Both the position numbers and the translations under genes were made by a program. Below, one piece after another: positions 41,401 to 48,593 of a stretch of DNA of 64,000 nt. Numbering within the stretch: the first letter of the stretch is position 1; each line of letters begins with the position of its first letter. This DNA comes from Trypanosoma brucei (taxonomy: Eukaryota), in NCBI GenBank assembly GCA_000002445.1, contig AE017150.2, positions 896,001 through 960,000 on the forward strand, read 5' to 3'. The notes beneath the pieces are model-generated. The model made no database searches and had not been told where the DNA came from. It saw only the letters and a program-made list of their open reading frames with translations.

Positions 41401-42171
41401 CAAAGACATCCCATTGATTACTCCCAATCAATGAATACTGTATTGTTGCAGGAGTCGATCCGTTACAACCGGCTCCTGTTTATTGTGCGGCGAACGCTTG
41501 TTGATGTGCAAGACGCCATAAATGGTACTGTAGTAATGAGTGCCGACCTTGAAGAGGTGTTTAATGCAATGTACGATGGTAAGGTGCCCGAAGTATGGAA
41601 AAAGCGATCCTATCCATCGCTTAAACCATTTGGTTCATATGTAAACGATTTGGTAGAGCGGTTGGGGTTTCTGCAGACATGGTGTGATGAGGGACCGCCT
41701 TGTACCTTCTGGTTGAGTGGATTTTACTTCACTCAGTCATTCTTAACTGGTGTTATGCAGAACTACGCTCGTAAGTGGAAGATACCTATTGATAAGTTAA
41801 TATGGCAGTTTACTGTGATGAAGGAGGAAACATGTGAAGAAGCTCCCGAGGATGGTTGTTACATTTATGGGTTGTTCTTGGAGGGAGCCGGCTGGGATCC
41901 GGTTGAAAACGCGTTGTGTGAGAGCAAGCCGAAGGAACTCTTCGTCAAGTTCCCGCTGTTGAAGTTGGTGCCTTGCCGTCCCCAAGACCTTCCGGATTCA
42001 CCGGTGTATAAGTGCCCTTGCTACAAGACAACTGACCGACGCGGTGTGCTCTCAACAACTGGGCACTCAACCAATTTCATTCTTGTGATTGATTTGCCAC
42101 GTTTGAAGACGACAGAAGAGAGCCACTGGGTACTCCGGGGGGCAGCCCTCTTCACGCAGTTGCCGTTTTAG
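29431..42171 (+). CDS. dynein heavy chain, axonemal (4246 aa; the size and position of AAA1 suggest an inner-arm-type single-headed DHC)
   Basis: AAA1 P-loop GPAGTGKTETTKDLAKALG at ~aa 1566. Downstream AAA2-AAA4 Walker motifs (GDTGTGKT, GVGGSGRRS). A coiled-coil stalk, then a C-terminal domain. One uninterrupted 12.7-kb ORF. Confidence 0.95.
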   Translation: MNEEPPQMGKLLLEAEIPEELLKDKTPQEQNIIMRGHLTQRRFEQNETPVVRDVVRQKVKEDVRQLGLKTYPAQRRAQTTNQLNVMREMHQATKFRNPTAAPLPMRLPPLLGKMLRRQNSTGAKSTLLAQDGGASAVNPDAEVEKDGKRLASAQGQGDRVNPSASGRKYFLLEDFDSTDFELHTPEEWVALGEACGGTPARSRYFIKTTNGTEWRPCRVVAYNESSCCYRIVWECDGCSKWTTRLNIIFDDESELKWLERVRQAEAYRDETEAALRSRLYIEQLDKSILAPMDQVQMERILSLVARRFPITTLSLVDCCTREVEELYYYSLKRAQHWREMVSDPEERKRAHLLGLPPPPPGMVTETYTESTKELRGTIDTPSPNFEAARQFVAENLFQTHLLLNTTIHSIHSQWGEYKSQLFCLTQYGKGDTPLQLRLFSDMQSHRGIATAEKLRNEWSMNVRYTILNKLDLHFKFYEDDINRYNGSRMNRFVNLVNIMMTSQLRELLVASLQEYADFIYQYRTVPLDGDEEMEELQEDIEEAQHWVRRQNEWKAKLRADAEGEQERLRSGGASAGPTGSSRRVPPKAEEEDADGEVPFVWRLGQFRNSIPYTRRVVEMTMNTRGLQPLFILNLVEEDGRVVFFPTLEEVKLRVRGVFESCFEHADRIQGMGDQLFPLLQLPQVILQPLGPQEPVVCEARRLIDKALEDNVEAPMQLLQMYQTFEYILRLDPNDLVEEANERQLSLHDFDWTFERLTRDKERIVHRTHNHVKYEMFFIDCTGIKTTLITKATNVQDALMEALAQRLRGNCTSIINEYNMMSNRMAVEPRTPEELQELRDFLDAIPGRQEQINVVFDTVTSGFDLLFKYRYDFSPEACYDYHTAYEWPRLLQQGLEDGNFRSREYRTLLMQVLRDNCEVLTENIVRLANTVEDFTHFGDDARADQYYEHAKALEQRIREHQAQMQLYNSHETLFALPQSKWPQLKAIKAQLEPYYVLWEVVSHFQNESERWLNTRLHALQPFEADRQLTDWAKKVAVVSKKIKEAEPLAVAKRIRENIAIFKPNISLLYALRSNLQATHWKAIFQVCGVPREKQNLGAGGSESNDSRPFSDFIKLGMLDFMPQIESIAAVAQKSFELESELMAMETEWKKLLFEIEPYQDTYKLKANDIMQLTLDEHILKTQSMLGKPIVRQAPALQARVLQWEKLLDKVQCTMDEWFKCQGTWAYLEPIFSSADISRSLPKEKQLFVVIDESWHKIMEQARTTPQILTRCQDELLLRTLVENNNNLDIILKKLQQFLETKRMAFPRFYFISNEELLQILSDSKDPYLVQPYLSKCFEGIKRIHFADAHDILAMESSEGEVVRLVKTINPNDFQNRVELWLQGLETTMKETILDQLKQATADYVQRKKRAEFIRAWPGQVVIAICSLYWTMEATEAMSKEGTVGLTSYHEKCVGQLDELIVLVRDRNLAVVERCTLEALVVVEVHAKDIIGQLSEKGVDSPKSFDWLAQLRYYWEEGHLQVHQINASLRYGYEYLGNTGRLVITPLTDRCYRTLIGALHLNYGGAPEGPAGTGKTETTKDLAKALGKYCVVYNCSDQITAKDMAKLFKGLSQSGSWGCFDEFNRIEIQVLSVIAQQVAVIQEAIIQKRSEFIFDGAQIRLDPGCAIFITMNPGYAGRAELPDNLKALFRPVAMMVPNYAMIGEIQLYSYGFLYGKELAEKIVATYRLCSEQLSSQDHYDYGMRAVKAVLTAAGRLKRAYPDEDEMVLMLRSIQDVNLPKFLTQDVELFKGIISDLFPGVNLPEPDYVDMHNALVKVCTTRNLQLTPYFELKVRQTYEMIVVRHGMMLVGYSFGGKTKVLHCLSESLGLMEAVGKERRTRLFTMNPKSVTMPQLYGKVEQSGEWTDGILPYRFRLAAQDTSTDRKWLVLDGPVDAVWIENMNTVLDDNKKLCLQNGDIIAMSKEMNLIFEVQDLAHASPATVSRCGMVYVEPDSLGWRCLIDSYFNTIPEQLRKEEAAVAALRKLVDVFLQPMLDVARREVKPVIPQGALVAVSGFIKLFSTLLSSLPSAEETAAAAAVDPSTLERNLLMKIEGWFLFSLVWSVGGCLFTKDRAIFSNALHTLISSAASEGLYKFVLPLMENKRSFFDFRLETEDGVRFAQWIDYVPSLVIEEETEYQDVIVPTSAQLRFSYLTQLMINSMHPVLLVGDTGTGKTIMMKALLKSLPEDTYALNMIQFSAQTSAGNLQRRIDGSLEKRRKGVYGPPINKRMIIFVDDTNLPQVEEYGAQPPIELLRQFLDHGAWYNHSKDGIEYRRLVDVLLVCAMGPSGGGRSEVTQRFARHFNSIAVPAFDEPTLQKIFTTLIDWILGKGFPPALRGMGSALVSATVELYETLVDKLKPSPEKSHYTFNLRDVSKVFQGIDMANPAKITDELKLGQLWLHEVSRAFADRFTEDKDTAWFFGEVCKLSMSHLKLSLDSVKTAEIPTLFSTFMNEEGVYEEITDAAEARRVLEGKVESYNALSGSGELDLVIFNYVLIHVARICRVLHQPGGHLLLIGVGGSGRRSCARFAAFLQECDYMTITPTKDYDHSNFLDDIRTLLLRTGRDGYTTVFVMADTQISSENFLEDICSLLNTSEVPGIWDAKQDKEAYEDAVAALREVGKELGRPDSAEALQALFTERCRKYMHIALCFSPIGSALRDRLRKFPSLVNCTTIDWFSDWPEDGLRSVAARFLSKVELTERERAAAEEMFVQFQQQVRDLGRVYFDEMRQYTYVTPTSYLDLLSTFARMLCEKRTELTAMMHRYANGLTQLKKTEDQVEVMQQELALMRPELAKKQLETDNLIKEVELESKLAEEQRAIVAVDEAAANEQAAAAKEIKDASQQKVDEAQPLVEQAQRAVLDLDPKALQEIKALKTPPQGVKYVIEVLCTLLGGQYKPKAVRDALTGSVTVPYWEHAKVTLLTAEFKSTLLNAYPVIVDTAPNEQIEEVKKKMTNDMFKNENIKKTSVALLGVATYIRAVVEYYKQNKIIKPLLAQAAAAQQEYDAAMESLNRKKEELRIVNEKLEALTNHLEAVKKDKQDLEEKVNDTDVKLTRAKKLIEGLGGEKVRFAGESKRFEEELKYVVGNVVVSAGVVAYMGPFLHKYRERATRTWLDMCKKHNMLVSEDFALAKFVGSPIDIQAWKLQQLPSDSFSIDNAIIVKTSGRWPLFVDPQQQANNWIRNMERANDLIITRPSEADCMKVIRNAVSQGQPVLFECVEETLDPTLENLLLKRLTREGNLMVVHLGEPVVYNEGFRFYMTTKLPRPHYLPEVSTKVTLINFMITQHGLQDQLLQRVMMSERREVEEKKQALTLEAAENQANLKTTEDKILAILSSEGNILESETAIEELDSSKVQSDQIAKRQGEIEAMERISDRTRSLFVPVANLGATLFFCVTELANIDPMYQNSLSSYVTIFQEALQTSEASEDVEARNLNIKLTFQKSLYQRICRSLFARDQLLFSFIMCLKVHEVDPRQLRWLLTGGFEADEGMTPNPFASWLPSQCWKLVWRASTQLPELKSLQDMVREYESFFRSYYEEPDPFAVEKPEAIAQLSDILQLIIVRCFRTDKIVPAVTAYVHHKLGSFFVEPSLYTLDEVVTELEADPSVPLVLVLSPGADPNVELDRLAEQRGMSARLSKLSLGQGQGVFARELIEEGVQAGNWVLLQNCHLYQDFMPELSRIIENYSDSTAKMNLHAQYRLWLTSLPSETFPISILQNGVKLVQEPPKGLKSNLLQSYLSDPVSDQTFFNSSNKPEAWRRMLFGLCFFHAVVQERRQFGPLGWNRMYEFNDTDRRISVRQLHMFLEESDEIPYEALLYLTGQCNYGGRVTDDWDRRCLMAILSLYITPMVLDDDYAFSAEAPEYFVPPFGEYNSYVEHIQELPLQQPPAVFGLHENANITKDERDARNLLEATLLTQPRDSSDTTSKLDPKATVKEMAHHVFSRLPVLFDIEQIQQRHPIDYSQSMNTVLLQESIRYNRLLFIVRRTLVDVQDAINGTVVMSADLEEVFNAMYDGKVPEVWKKRSYPSLKPFGSYVNDLVERLGFLQTWCDEGPPCTFWLSGFYFTQSFLTGVMQNYARKWKIPIDKLIWQFTVMKEETCEEAPEDGCYIYGLFLEGAGWDPVENALCESKPKELFVKFPLLKLVPCRPQDLPDSPVYKCPCYKTTDRRGVLSTTGHSTNFILVIDLPRLKTTEESHWVLRGAALFTQLPF

Positions 42172-43190
42172 ATGTAGACTTACGCGATGTACCAAATGCA
42201 AAACTTCTTAGGAAAGGAGAAGAGCTGTGTAGAAATATATATATTTAGTTGTGATAGAAAAAGATGAAGAGTAGATCAGACTGCTAGTTTATTGTGTACC
42301 TCCGTGTTGTTGGTGTTTGTCTGATGTGGTTTCGTACTCCCCCCCCCCGTTTCCATCACTTTGAATGTTTATATTTGCATTTGAAACCCCTATAGTCGAT
42401 ACCCCGCCTCGCACGCACTGCAGTTTGCAATGTGAAGATGGAATGGACGATTGTATCAAACCCCTTTTTCTATTACTAATGGGTTTTGACATGTACACTA
42501 CCACAGCACGTGTGTTCTTGAACGATAGCATGTCACCCCACCTTCCTCCCTCCGCCTCTTCCCTGCTTGATGCTTCTTGTTTCACTTCATAGTAGTAGTA
42601 GTTTCTTACCTCTATGCTAGGTTGTGTTGTGCGCCTACACGCCTCTTGCCGCTGTGAAGCTCACCATACCACCAGCGGGTGTGAGACGGCAGTCGCCGCT
42701 AACCGGCCATTTGTCGCAATGTGGAGGGAAAGAAGTGGTTGTGGCAGCAGACTAGCGGGGGAGCGCATGCGGAATCAGTGGGAATGAACACTTTCCAATG
42801 CCGTTGCAACTATTTTACTGCTTCTTCCTGTATGCATATATATATATATAATTTTCTTCCTTCACTGTAGACGGATGTCTTTCATTGTCACGGTACTTTA
42901 AGTGACCAAACCAGACTATCTTACTGTTCCATGTTTCTCTGCTTCTGACATAGTACGGTAAATACTATAGTAAACGCTTTTTAGAGATACATAAAGGAGG
43001 GGGATAATAAAAGTGGCAAACGCAGCATAGATAGTATTTGGTTTATCGTTGGCAGCCGTTGAAGGGTGGGTGAGTTTTGAAGTGCCGTTACGTACACCGA
43101 CCGCGTAGCCTAGTACCTGGTTCATTTAAAGGAGGAAAAGGAGAACGGAAGTATTATTCATCCCATCTCCCCTCTCGTCAGCTCATTTCG

Positions 43191-45299
43191 ATGCGCGTTG
43201 TATACCAGCGTTTCTTCCCGGTGCTTCTTCTTTTACTCAGCCTTGAGCACCTCTGCAGCCGACATGCGTGCGCGGACGAAGGAGAGGAAGGAGGCGTGAA
43301 TCACACAGTGGGAGGCAACCTTACGGGCACGCATTCGTACCGTTCGCCATCTCTGCTTTCCATAGGCGATTCACTTGTCACCGTGTCCGAAACATGGGAT
43401 CCGTCGGACACGGAGCAGTACGTTGACGTGATTACCGAGTATAGCGCCCATTACGGGGCCCCGGCAGTAACACAGGTGGCGGTGCGTAACGATACGTTGG
43501 ATTTTCATGCTGTGTATAAGCATAAGGAGGACCGTGAAAGTACGATGCACCCCACCGCTGTTGCGATAGACGGAATGATATTTGTCCTTATATTTTGCAA
43601 AAATATAGGTGCCAGTGGCAACCAAACGGGAGACGCAGTGATCATGCCGCATGTAGCCAAGGGTGTGGTGTTACCAGGCGGCGCGACGGGCAACGTGTGG
43701 GTAAACTGGACGCAGCTGATGCCCATCAGATCACTGCTTCCCAAAGTTATCGAGGGGAAGAGAGTTAGTATGTTTTTTGGTGGCGGTGGGAATACTATTG
43801 TGATGACGAAGGGGACGCTTGTCATGCCTGTGCAAATGGTAAGAACGGACGATCAACGGTTCGCCACGATTATATACTCCTCAAACAACGGCACCAGCTG
43901 GACCGTTGCAAAAGGTTTCACGGATTCAGGGTGTAGGGAGTCCTCAGTTCTTATCTGGAAGCGTAAAATGCTTCTTGTTGCGCGGTCCGACGATGGTTAT
44001 ACTAAAGTGTTTGAATCGGACTACATGGGCGACGTATGGACGGAGTCCCTCGGGACAATATCTCGAGTATTAGGAAATTCACCCGATCGGAGAGGGCCTG
44101 GAAATCAGGGTAGTGCCATCACCATCCCTCTCGGAAACGAGACGGTTATGTTTTTCACTCAAACAACCGTATCCAATAGCTCTGACAGCAATGAGGGAGA
44201 CATTAATCGAATCGACCAGCGCATCTGGTTTAGCGATGGCAGCCGCATGGTTAAGGTCGGACACATTTACTGGAACGACCACTTATCAAGCAGCCGTAGT
44301 TATCTTTTGTACTCCAACAATAGGCTCTTGTGTGCCTACGAGATGGGTGCAGAGAAGGCGTATGCTATCACCGTCAGGAGCCTGGTTGGTGAATTGGAAA
44401 ATGCAAGATTTGCGCGAGAGACGTGGGCGAGACAGGATGCATATATCTCAGGTATATGCTCTTCAGCGAAGGAAAGCGCACCCTGTGCGAGCGGTGTTCC
44501 CGTAGATGGCCTTGTTGGGCTCCTTTCCAGCATGGTAAACGGGACTGCGTGGGTGGATGCTTATTTTTCTGTGAACGCTAACTTCGTTGGAGGTTTGGCC
44601 GGCCCTGCGGGTCTGACATTTGAAGGAACAGCACGCGGGGGTCGGTGGCCTGTTGGTGTGCAGGGGCAGAATCAACGATTTCACTTCGCCAACACTCATT
44701 TCACGCTGGTGCTGACACTGACAATTCATGAGCAAACTGCACCTAGAGCTCCAGTGCTTGTTACACGTCTTTACGAGAATGGGAGCTACATAGACTTGGA
44801 ATTCTCATACACAGATGACAAGAGATGGCATATAAAGTATGGTGCGGAATACGGCTCGACATCTGGGCAATGGGCGTTAAACCAAGAACACCAGTTAGCA
44901 TTTGTGCTCCGTGGTGGTACTATCGCTGTGTATCTCGACGGGAAACGTATGCCAACGATGGCAAGGATGTTAGCAGGAAACGGTAATCTGCTCAACATCA
45001 CCCATTTTTATATTGGTGGCTATGGCACGGTAAAGCAAAGCCCCAGAGACAGGTTAACCATACGAAACGCTATGCTGTACAACCGCCCATTGAAAAAGGC
45101 AGAGATCGACAAGTTGTTCGCAGCGAAAAGCGGGATAACCGCTGCAACAAAAGGCATAGAACCACTCACACCCAAGTGGAATCATAAAACCAAAGACCTT
45201 GAACCGCAGAGTGGTGATGGGCGCGCAGACCACGCGTTCCGTACCCCTTCATGGGCATTACCTTTGTTTGTTCTGCACTTATATTCCCTATTTATGTAA
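43191..45299 (+). CDS. trans-sialidase-like surface protein (predicted catalytically inactive family member) with N-terminal signal peptide and C-terminal hydrophobic GPI-type signal
   Basis: Signal peptide MRVVYQRFFPVLLLLLSLEHLCS. Degenerate Asp box SSNNGTSW. The family-defining VTVxNVxLYNR motif is present as LTIRNAMLYNRPL. A hydrophobic C-terminus (WALPLFVLHLYSLFM). No FRIP motif seen. Confidence 0.8.
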   Translation: MRVVYQRFFPVLLLLLSLEHLCSRHACADEGEEGGVNHTVGGNLTGTHSYRSPSLLSIGDSLVTVSETWDPSDTEQYVDVITEYSAHYGAPAVTQVAVRNDTLDFHAVYKHKEDRESTMHPTAVAIDGMIFVLIFCKNIGASGNQTGDAVIMPHVAKGVVLPGGATGNVWVNWTQLMPIRSLLPKVIEGKRVSMFFGGGGNTIVMTKGTLVMPVQMVRTDDQRFATIIYSSNNGTSWTVAKGFTDSGCRESSVLIWKRKMLLVARSDDGYTKVFESDYMGDVWTESLGTISRVLGNSPDRRGPGNQGSAITIPLGNETVMFFTQTTVSNSSDSNEGDINRIDQRIWFSDGSRMVKVGHIYWNDHLSSSRSYLLYSNNRLLCAYEMGAEKAYAITVRSLVGELENARFARETWARQDAYISGICSSAKESAPCASGVPVDGLVGLLSSMVNGTAWVDAYFSVNANFVGGLAGPAGLTFEGTARGGRWPVGVQGQNQRFHFANTHFTLVLTLTIHEQTAPRAPVLVTRLYENGSYIDLEFSYTDDKRWHIKYGAEYGSTSGQWALNQEHQLAFVLRGGTIAVYLDGKRMPTMARMLAGNGNLLNITHFYIGGYGTVKQSPRDRLTIRNAMLYNRPLKKAEIDKLFAAKSGITAATKGIEPLTPKWNHKTKDLEPQSGDGRADHAFRTPSWALPLFVLHLYSLFM

Positions 45300-46560
45300 A
45301 ACACGGAGCTGTCCCGGTGCAGTGTGACGAATTGGAGGGGCCGTGCACCACCTGGGGTAGCTTTTCTCAGTGCCCCTCCCCCTAACTCCCATTAATACAC
45401 AGGCATATATTTTTTCCAAACATGAGCGAACGGTGCTTTCCACCACTGATTTTATGCAATAAACAAAAGCACATATATGCGTATACATATATAAACTCTT
45501 TTTAAATAACTGTCACGATTCATCTCTCCCCCCACTCCCTTGTTTTCCCCCTTCTGTTACCTATATCACATTCGATCCGCAACATGTTAAGGGCGAATGT
45601 AATCAAATAGCGATGGTACACTCGTCCCAGAGGAAAGCACAAAATGCCAGTCTTGTCGCTTTTATCCCTCTTCCCCCGCACCAGTTTTTTGCGTTGAATA
45701 AATAAATTATGGGGTGAACATCAACGGCCACTATGAGCGACTGTGGAGGTGGGAAGAATGGTGGAGGCACCTCTTGGCGGTGCAACATTAGCCACGACCG
45801 TTGGCGAATACATTGAAAACCATTTGAACAGGAAACAGAGGAGCAATCCCTGGAGTAAAAACCGCTTTGTTTCGTATTCTTTTTTAAAAGGAGTGAGTAA
45901 ACGTGTACGGCTGGAGGTGTGCCCCCACAGCAACGCACATTCTCGTAGGCAACGTACCGCTACAACTGCTCTAATGTTGGCCTGACGCCTACCGTGGAGC
46001 TGACGGAATCGGCCCAACGATACAAATATTGCTCTACACAACGTTGATAACAAATTGGTTGACACATACAATGAACGTGAAATAGCGTATCTTATCCCTG
46101 CACCCAAAATAAAAGGGAGTTAAGCACGAAAGAACGCTTTGCATTACCTCAACTTTTCACCGTATACACAAATAAGTATCACCAGAGGAAATATTACGAA
46201 TACCAACTACTACAACAGACAATCAAACAAAAAATTCAAAACACCACTAATGAAAAACACACAACCACCGCACCACATCAAAGAAAAAATAACAAAGGCT
46301 CAAACAGCTAATATAAAGAAACATCATAATTCATAAGACCTCCATCAAAGAAACCAGTAATAGCACAATAAACTACATCCCTTCTTACCTTCTCCATTAT
46401 GATAATAAATGTTTTGAGTACCTGTGTCTCACTAACCAATTTGTTGGGATATGTGATATGGCTGCTCTCTTCCATTATTATTTGTGTTATCCTTTTCATA
46501 TTTCTTGTTTATTATCCTCGAGTGTATGTGTGATTATTTGATATCTTGTGTAACTCCTTT

Positions 46561-46616
46561 TTCTATTGTCACTGTTGCATTTCCCCTTTACTGACACGCT
46601 CTTCCCTCTTTCCCGC
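46561..46616 (+). promoter_or_regulatory. polypyrimidine tract upstream of each array ORF, a candidate trans-splicing signal repeated in every unit
   Basis: ttccccttta(c)tgacacgctcttccctctttcccgc lies 45-60 nt upstream of each ATG (46660, 48594, 50522, 52441, 54366, 56306, 58246, 60186). Confidence 0.45.
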
Positions 46617-46659
46617 ATATGTGTGTATTTGATAAACTCATAAGGAAGCAACACTGACA

Positions 46660-47763
46660 ATGAGCATGGACACCCGTATGGTGAATTTTGGTTTTACGCG
46701 TGCTGCTCTCCTGTGCGGTCTTTTATTATTGCTAACTGCCGTGTGTCCGCTGCATGTGACTGCTGCTGATAATGGACGTGTGATCGTTAATGTTAAATCC
46801 TATTTTTCAATGGACAATTTTGCTTTTGCTCATCGAGGCAATTACTTCGTAAGCTACAAAAATGCTGCGGCATATTGTGGCGACAATGGTGCTGTGCTTC
46901 CTGCCGATCAAACGGAGGCGGCGCACCAAAGTTTGCAGAGCGCAATAAAGCGTGTAATTACGGGTTCGGATGCTTTCAGCTACCTTGGTGGAGATGCTGT
47001 GTACAGTAGTGGCGAAGCAATTGAAGCTGATAAGCGTTGTAAGCCTGGAGACGCGGCATCTTCCCGCTATTGTGTGTATCGTTGGAATAAGGGATTGTTT
47101 GCAAAGGCTTTGCCTGATGGTCAGGGGGTGGCGTTCTGGCGTGGTTCATATGTCAAATACGGTGGTGCGGCCTCAATGAATGGTTACCCATCCTTTTGGG
47201 GTAGTGAATATCCCAAGCGTGGTCAGTTGTATACCCTTTCATGGTATCATACAGGAGATGATGTGACTACCTGGTATGATGGAAAAGATATGTCAGGACG
47301 CATAAAGTGGGCGAGTGATAATCCCGATACAAAAACTGAAAACTACGTTATCTTATGTGAAGTCCACGATTCTATCAGCACGACGACAACCACAACAACT
47401 ACAACTACGACAACAACTACCACTACAACTACAGCTGCACCTGCCTCAGGCGAAGTACCGGAACCAACTGTGACAAAGGATGAAGAAGTTACTGTGACAA
47501 CTGTGTCATTGGAAGAGAGAAGTAATTGGCACATTATTCTCATAGCTCTAATTTCTGTTGTTTCCCTCATTGTGTTGCTACTTTTCCTTTTACGTTGGTT
47601 TTGTGATTATGATGTTAAAAAGGAGATCATTCCCATGACGCTGCGTGAAGTTGTTGGAGAGCCGTTGTTTGTCCTGGAGCCAACACCTTTTGTTCCCCCA
47701 GAGGGTTTTGCTGCTCCTCCCTTAGCCCTGCAATATTATAACCAAATGAGAACCAGTGAATAA
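46660..47763 (+). CDS. array copy 1: type I membrane protein with signal peptide, C-type-lectin-like domain, ~18-Thr stalk, TM helix and a 54-aa cytoplasmic tail
   Basis: MSMDTRMVNFGFTRAALLCGLLLLLTAVCPLHVTAAD (signal). CTLD-like blocks (A.YC..NGAVLPADQTEAAHQSL; AFSYLGGD; YCVYRWNKG; YPSFWGSEYP; YVILCEV; 4 Cys). Poly-Thr. TM segment WHIILIALISVVSLIVLLLFLL. Tail RWFCDYDVKKEIIPMTLREVVGEPLFVLEPTPFVPPEGFAAPPLALQYYNQMRTSE. Confidence 0.8.
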   Translation: MSMDTRMVNFGFTRAALLCGLLLLLTAVCPLHVTAADNGRVIVNVKSYFSMDNFAFAHRGNYFVSYKNAAAYCGDNGAVLPADQTEAAHQSLQSAIKRVITGSDAFSYLGGDAVYSSGEAIEADKRCKPGDAASSRYCVYRWNKGLFAKALPDGQGVAFWRGSYVKYGGAASMNGYPSFWGSEYPKRGQLYTLSWYHTGDDVTTWYDGKDMSGRIKWASDNPDTKTENYVILCEVHDSISTTTTTTTTTTTTTTTTTTAAPASGEVPEPTVTKDEEVTVTTVSLEERSNWHIILIALISVVSLIVLLLFLLRWFCDYDVKKEIIPMTLREVVGEPLFVLEPTPFVPPEGFAAPPLALQYYNQMRTSE

Positions 47764-48593
47764 TATTAGCGTCACATCGTGTATCACATGGGTGGTGGTT
47801 GAGTGATGTTTAGGATCAAGTGGGGTAATGAATACTGTACCGCTTTCATCCTACGTTACGGACCGTCACAATTTCTAGCTTCGTGTATTGTTTCACTTCC
47901 TATTATTACTTTCAGTAGTGCTCAATACTTCATTGTTTCATATAATTATTACTTTTATGTTCCTAATATTAACGGTCTCCTTGTACCATGTTGGCTCTGC
48001 GAGGGACTTCCGATGTGTGGCATCACTTCCCTCCGACCACATCATTGTTCTTTTAGTGTGTGACCCATTGAACCATCTTTACTGTTTGATGTCCCATTGT
48101 TTCGTTGTTGTTAGTGTTGATTATTTATTTCGTGTGTGGGTGTCATGTTTAGTTCGCGTTATTTCATGTTTTACTTCCATGTATATGTGGGAGGCTTGTA
48201 GGTCCTCCCTGTTACGTGTGATGTATTGCTATACGTGTAACTTGCAGCACTTAATTATTTTAAAAACCTGTACGACGCTGTGTTAAACGAGAGTTCCATA
48301 GTGTTCAATCCCTGCGTTATAGTTGGTCCATTATGATAATAAATGTTTTGAGTACCTGTGTCTCACTAACCAATTTGTTGGGATATGTGATATGGCTGCT
48401 CTCTTCCATTATTATTTGTGTTATCCTTTTCATATTTCTTGTTTATTATCCTCGAGTGTATGTGTGATTATTTGATATCTTGTGTAACTCCTTTTTCTAT
48501 TGTCACTGTTGCATTTCCCCTTTACTCACACGCTCTTCCCTCTTTCCCGCATATGTGTGTATTTGATAGACTCATAAGGAAGCAACACTGACA

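Noticed and set aside
47343-47570. Antisense ORFs with poly-Val opposite each poly-Thr stalk (e.g. 47343-47570, 53133-53342, 55055-55282)
   Set aside because: Complement of ACN Thr codons reads as Val. No independent signal.
47803-48286. 86-aa and 132-aa ORFs conserved in every inter-unit spacer (MMFRIKWSNEYCTAF... and MFHFLLLLSVVLNTSLF...)
   Set aside because: They are conserved only because the whole ~830-bp spacer is homogenised. They are T-rich, Cys/Phe/Leu low-complexity and overlap each other in two frames. They are most simply the 3' UTR, intergenic spacer and 5' UTR of the array genes.
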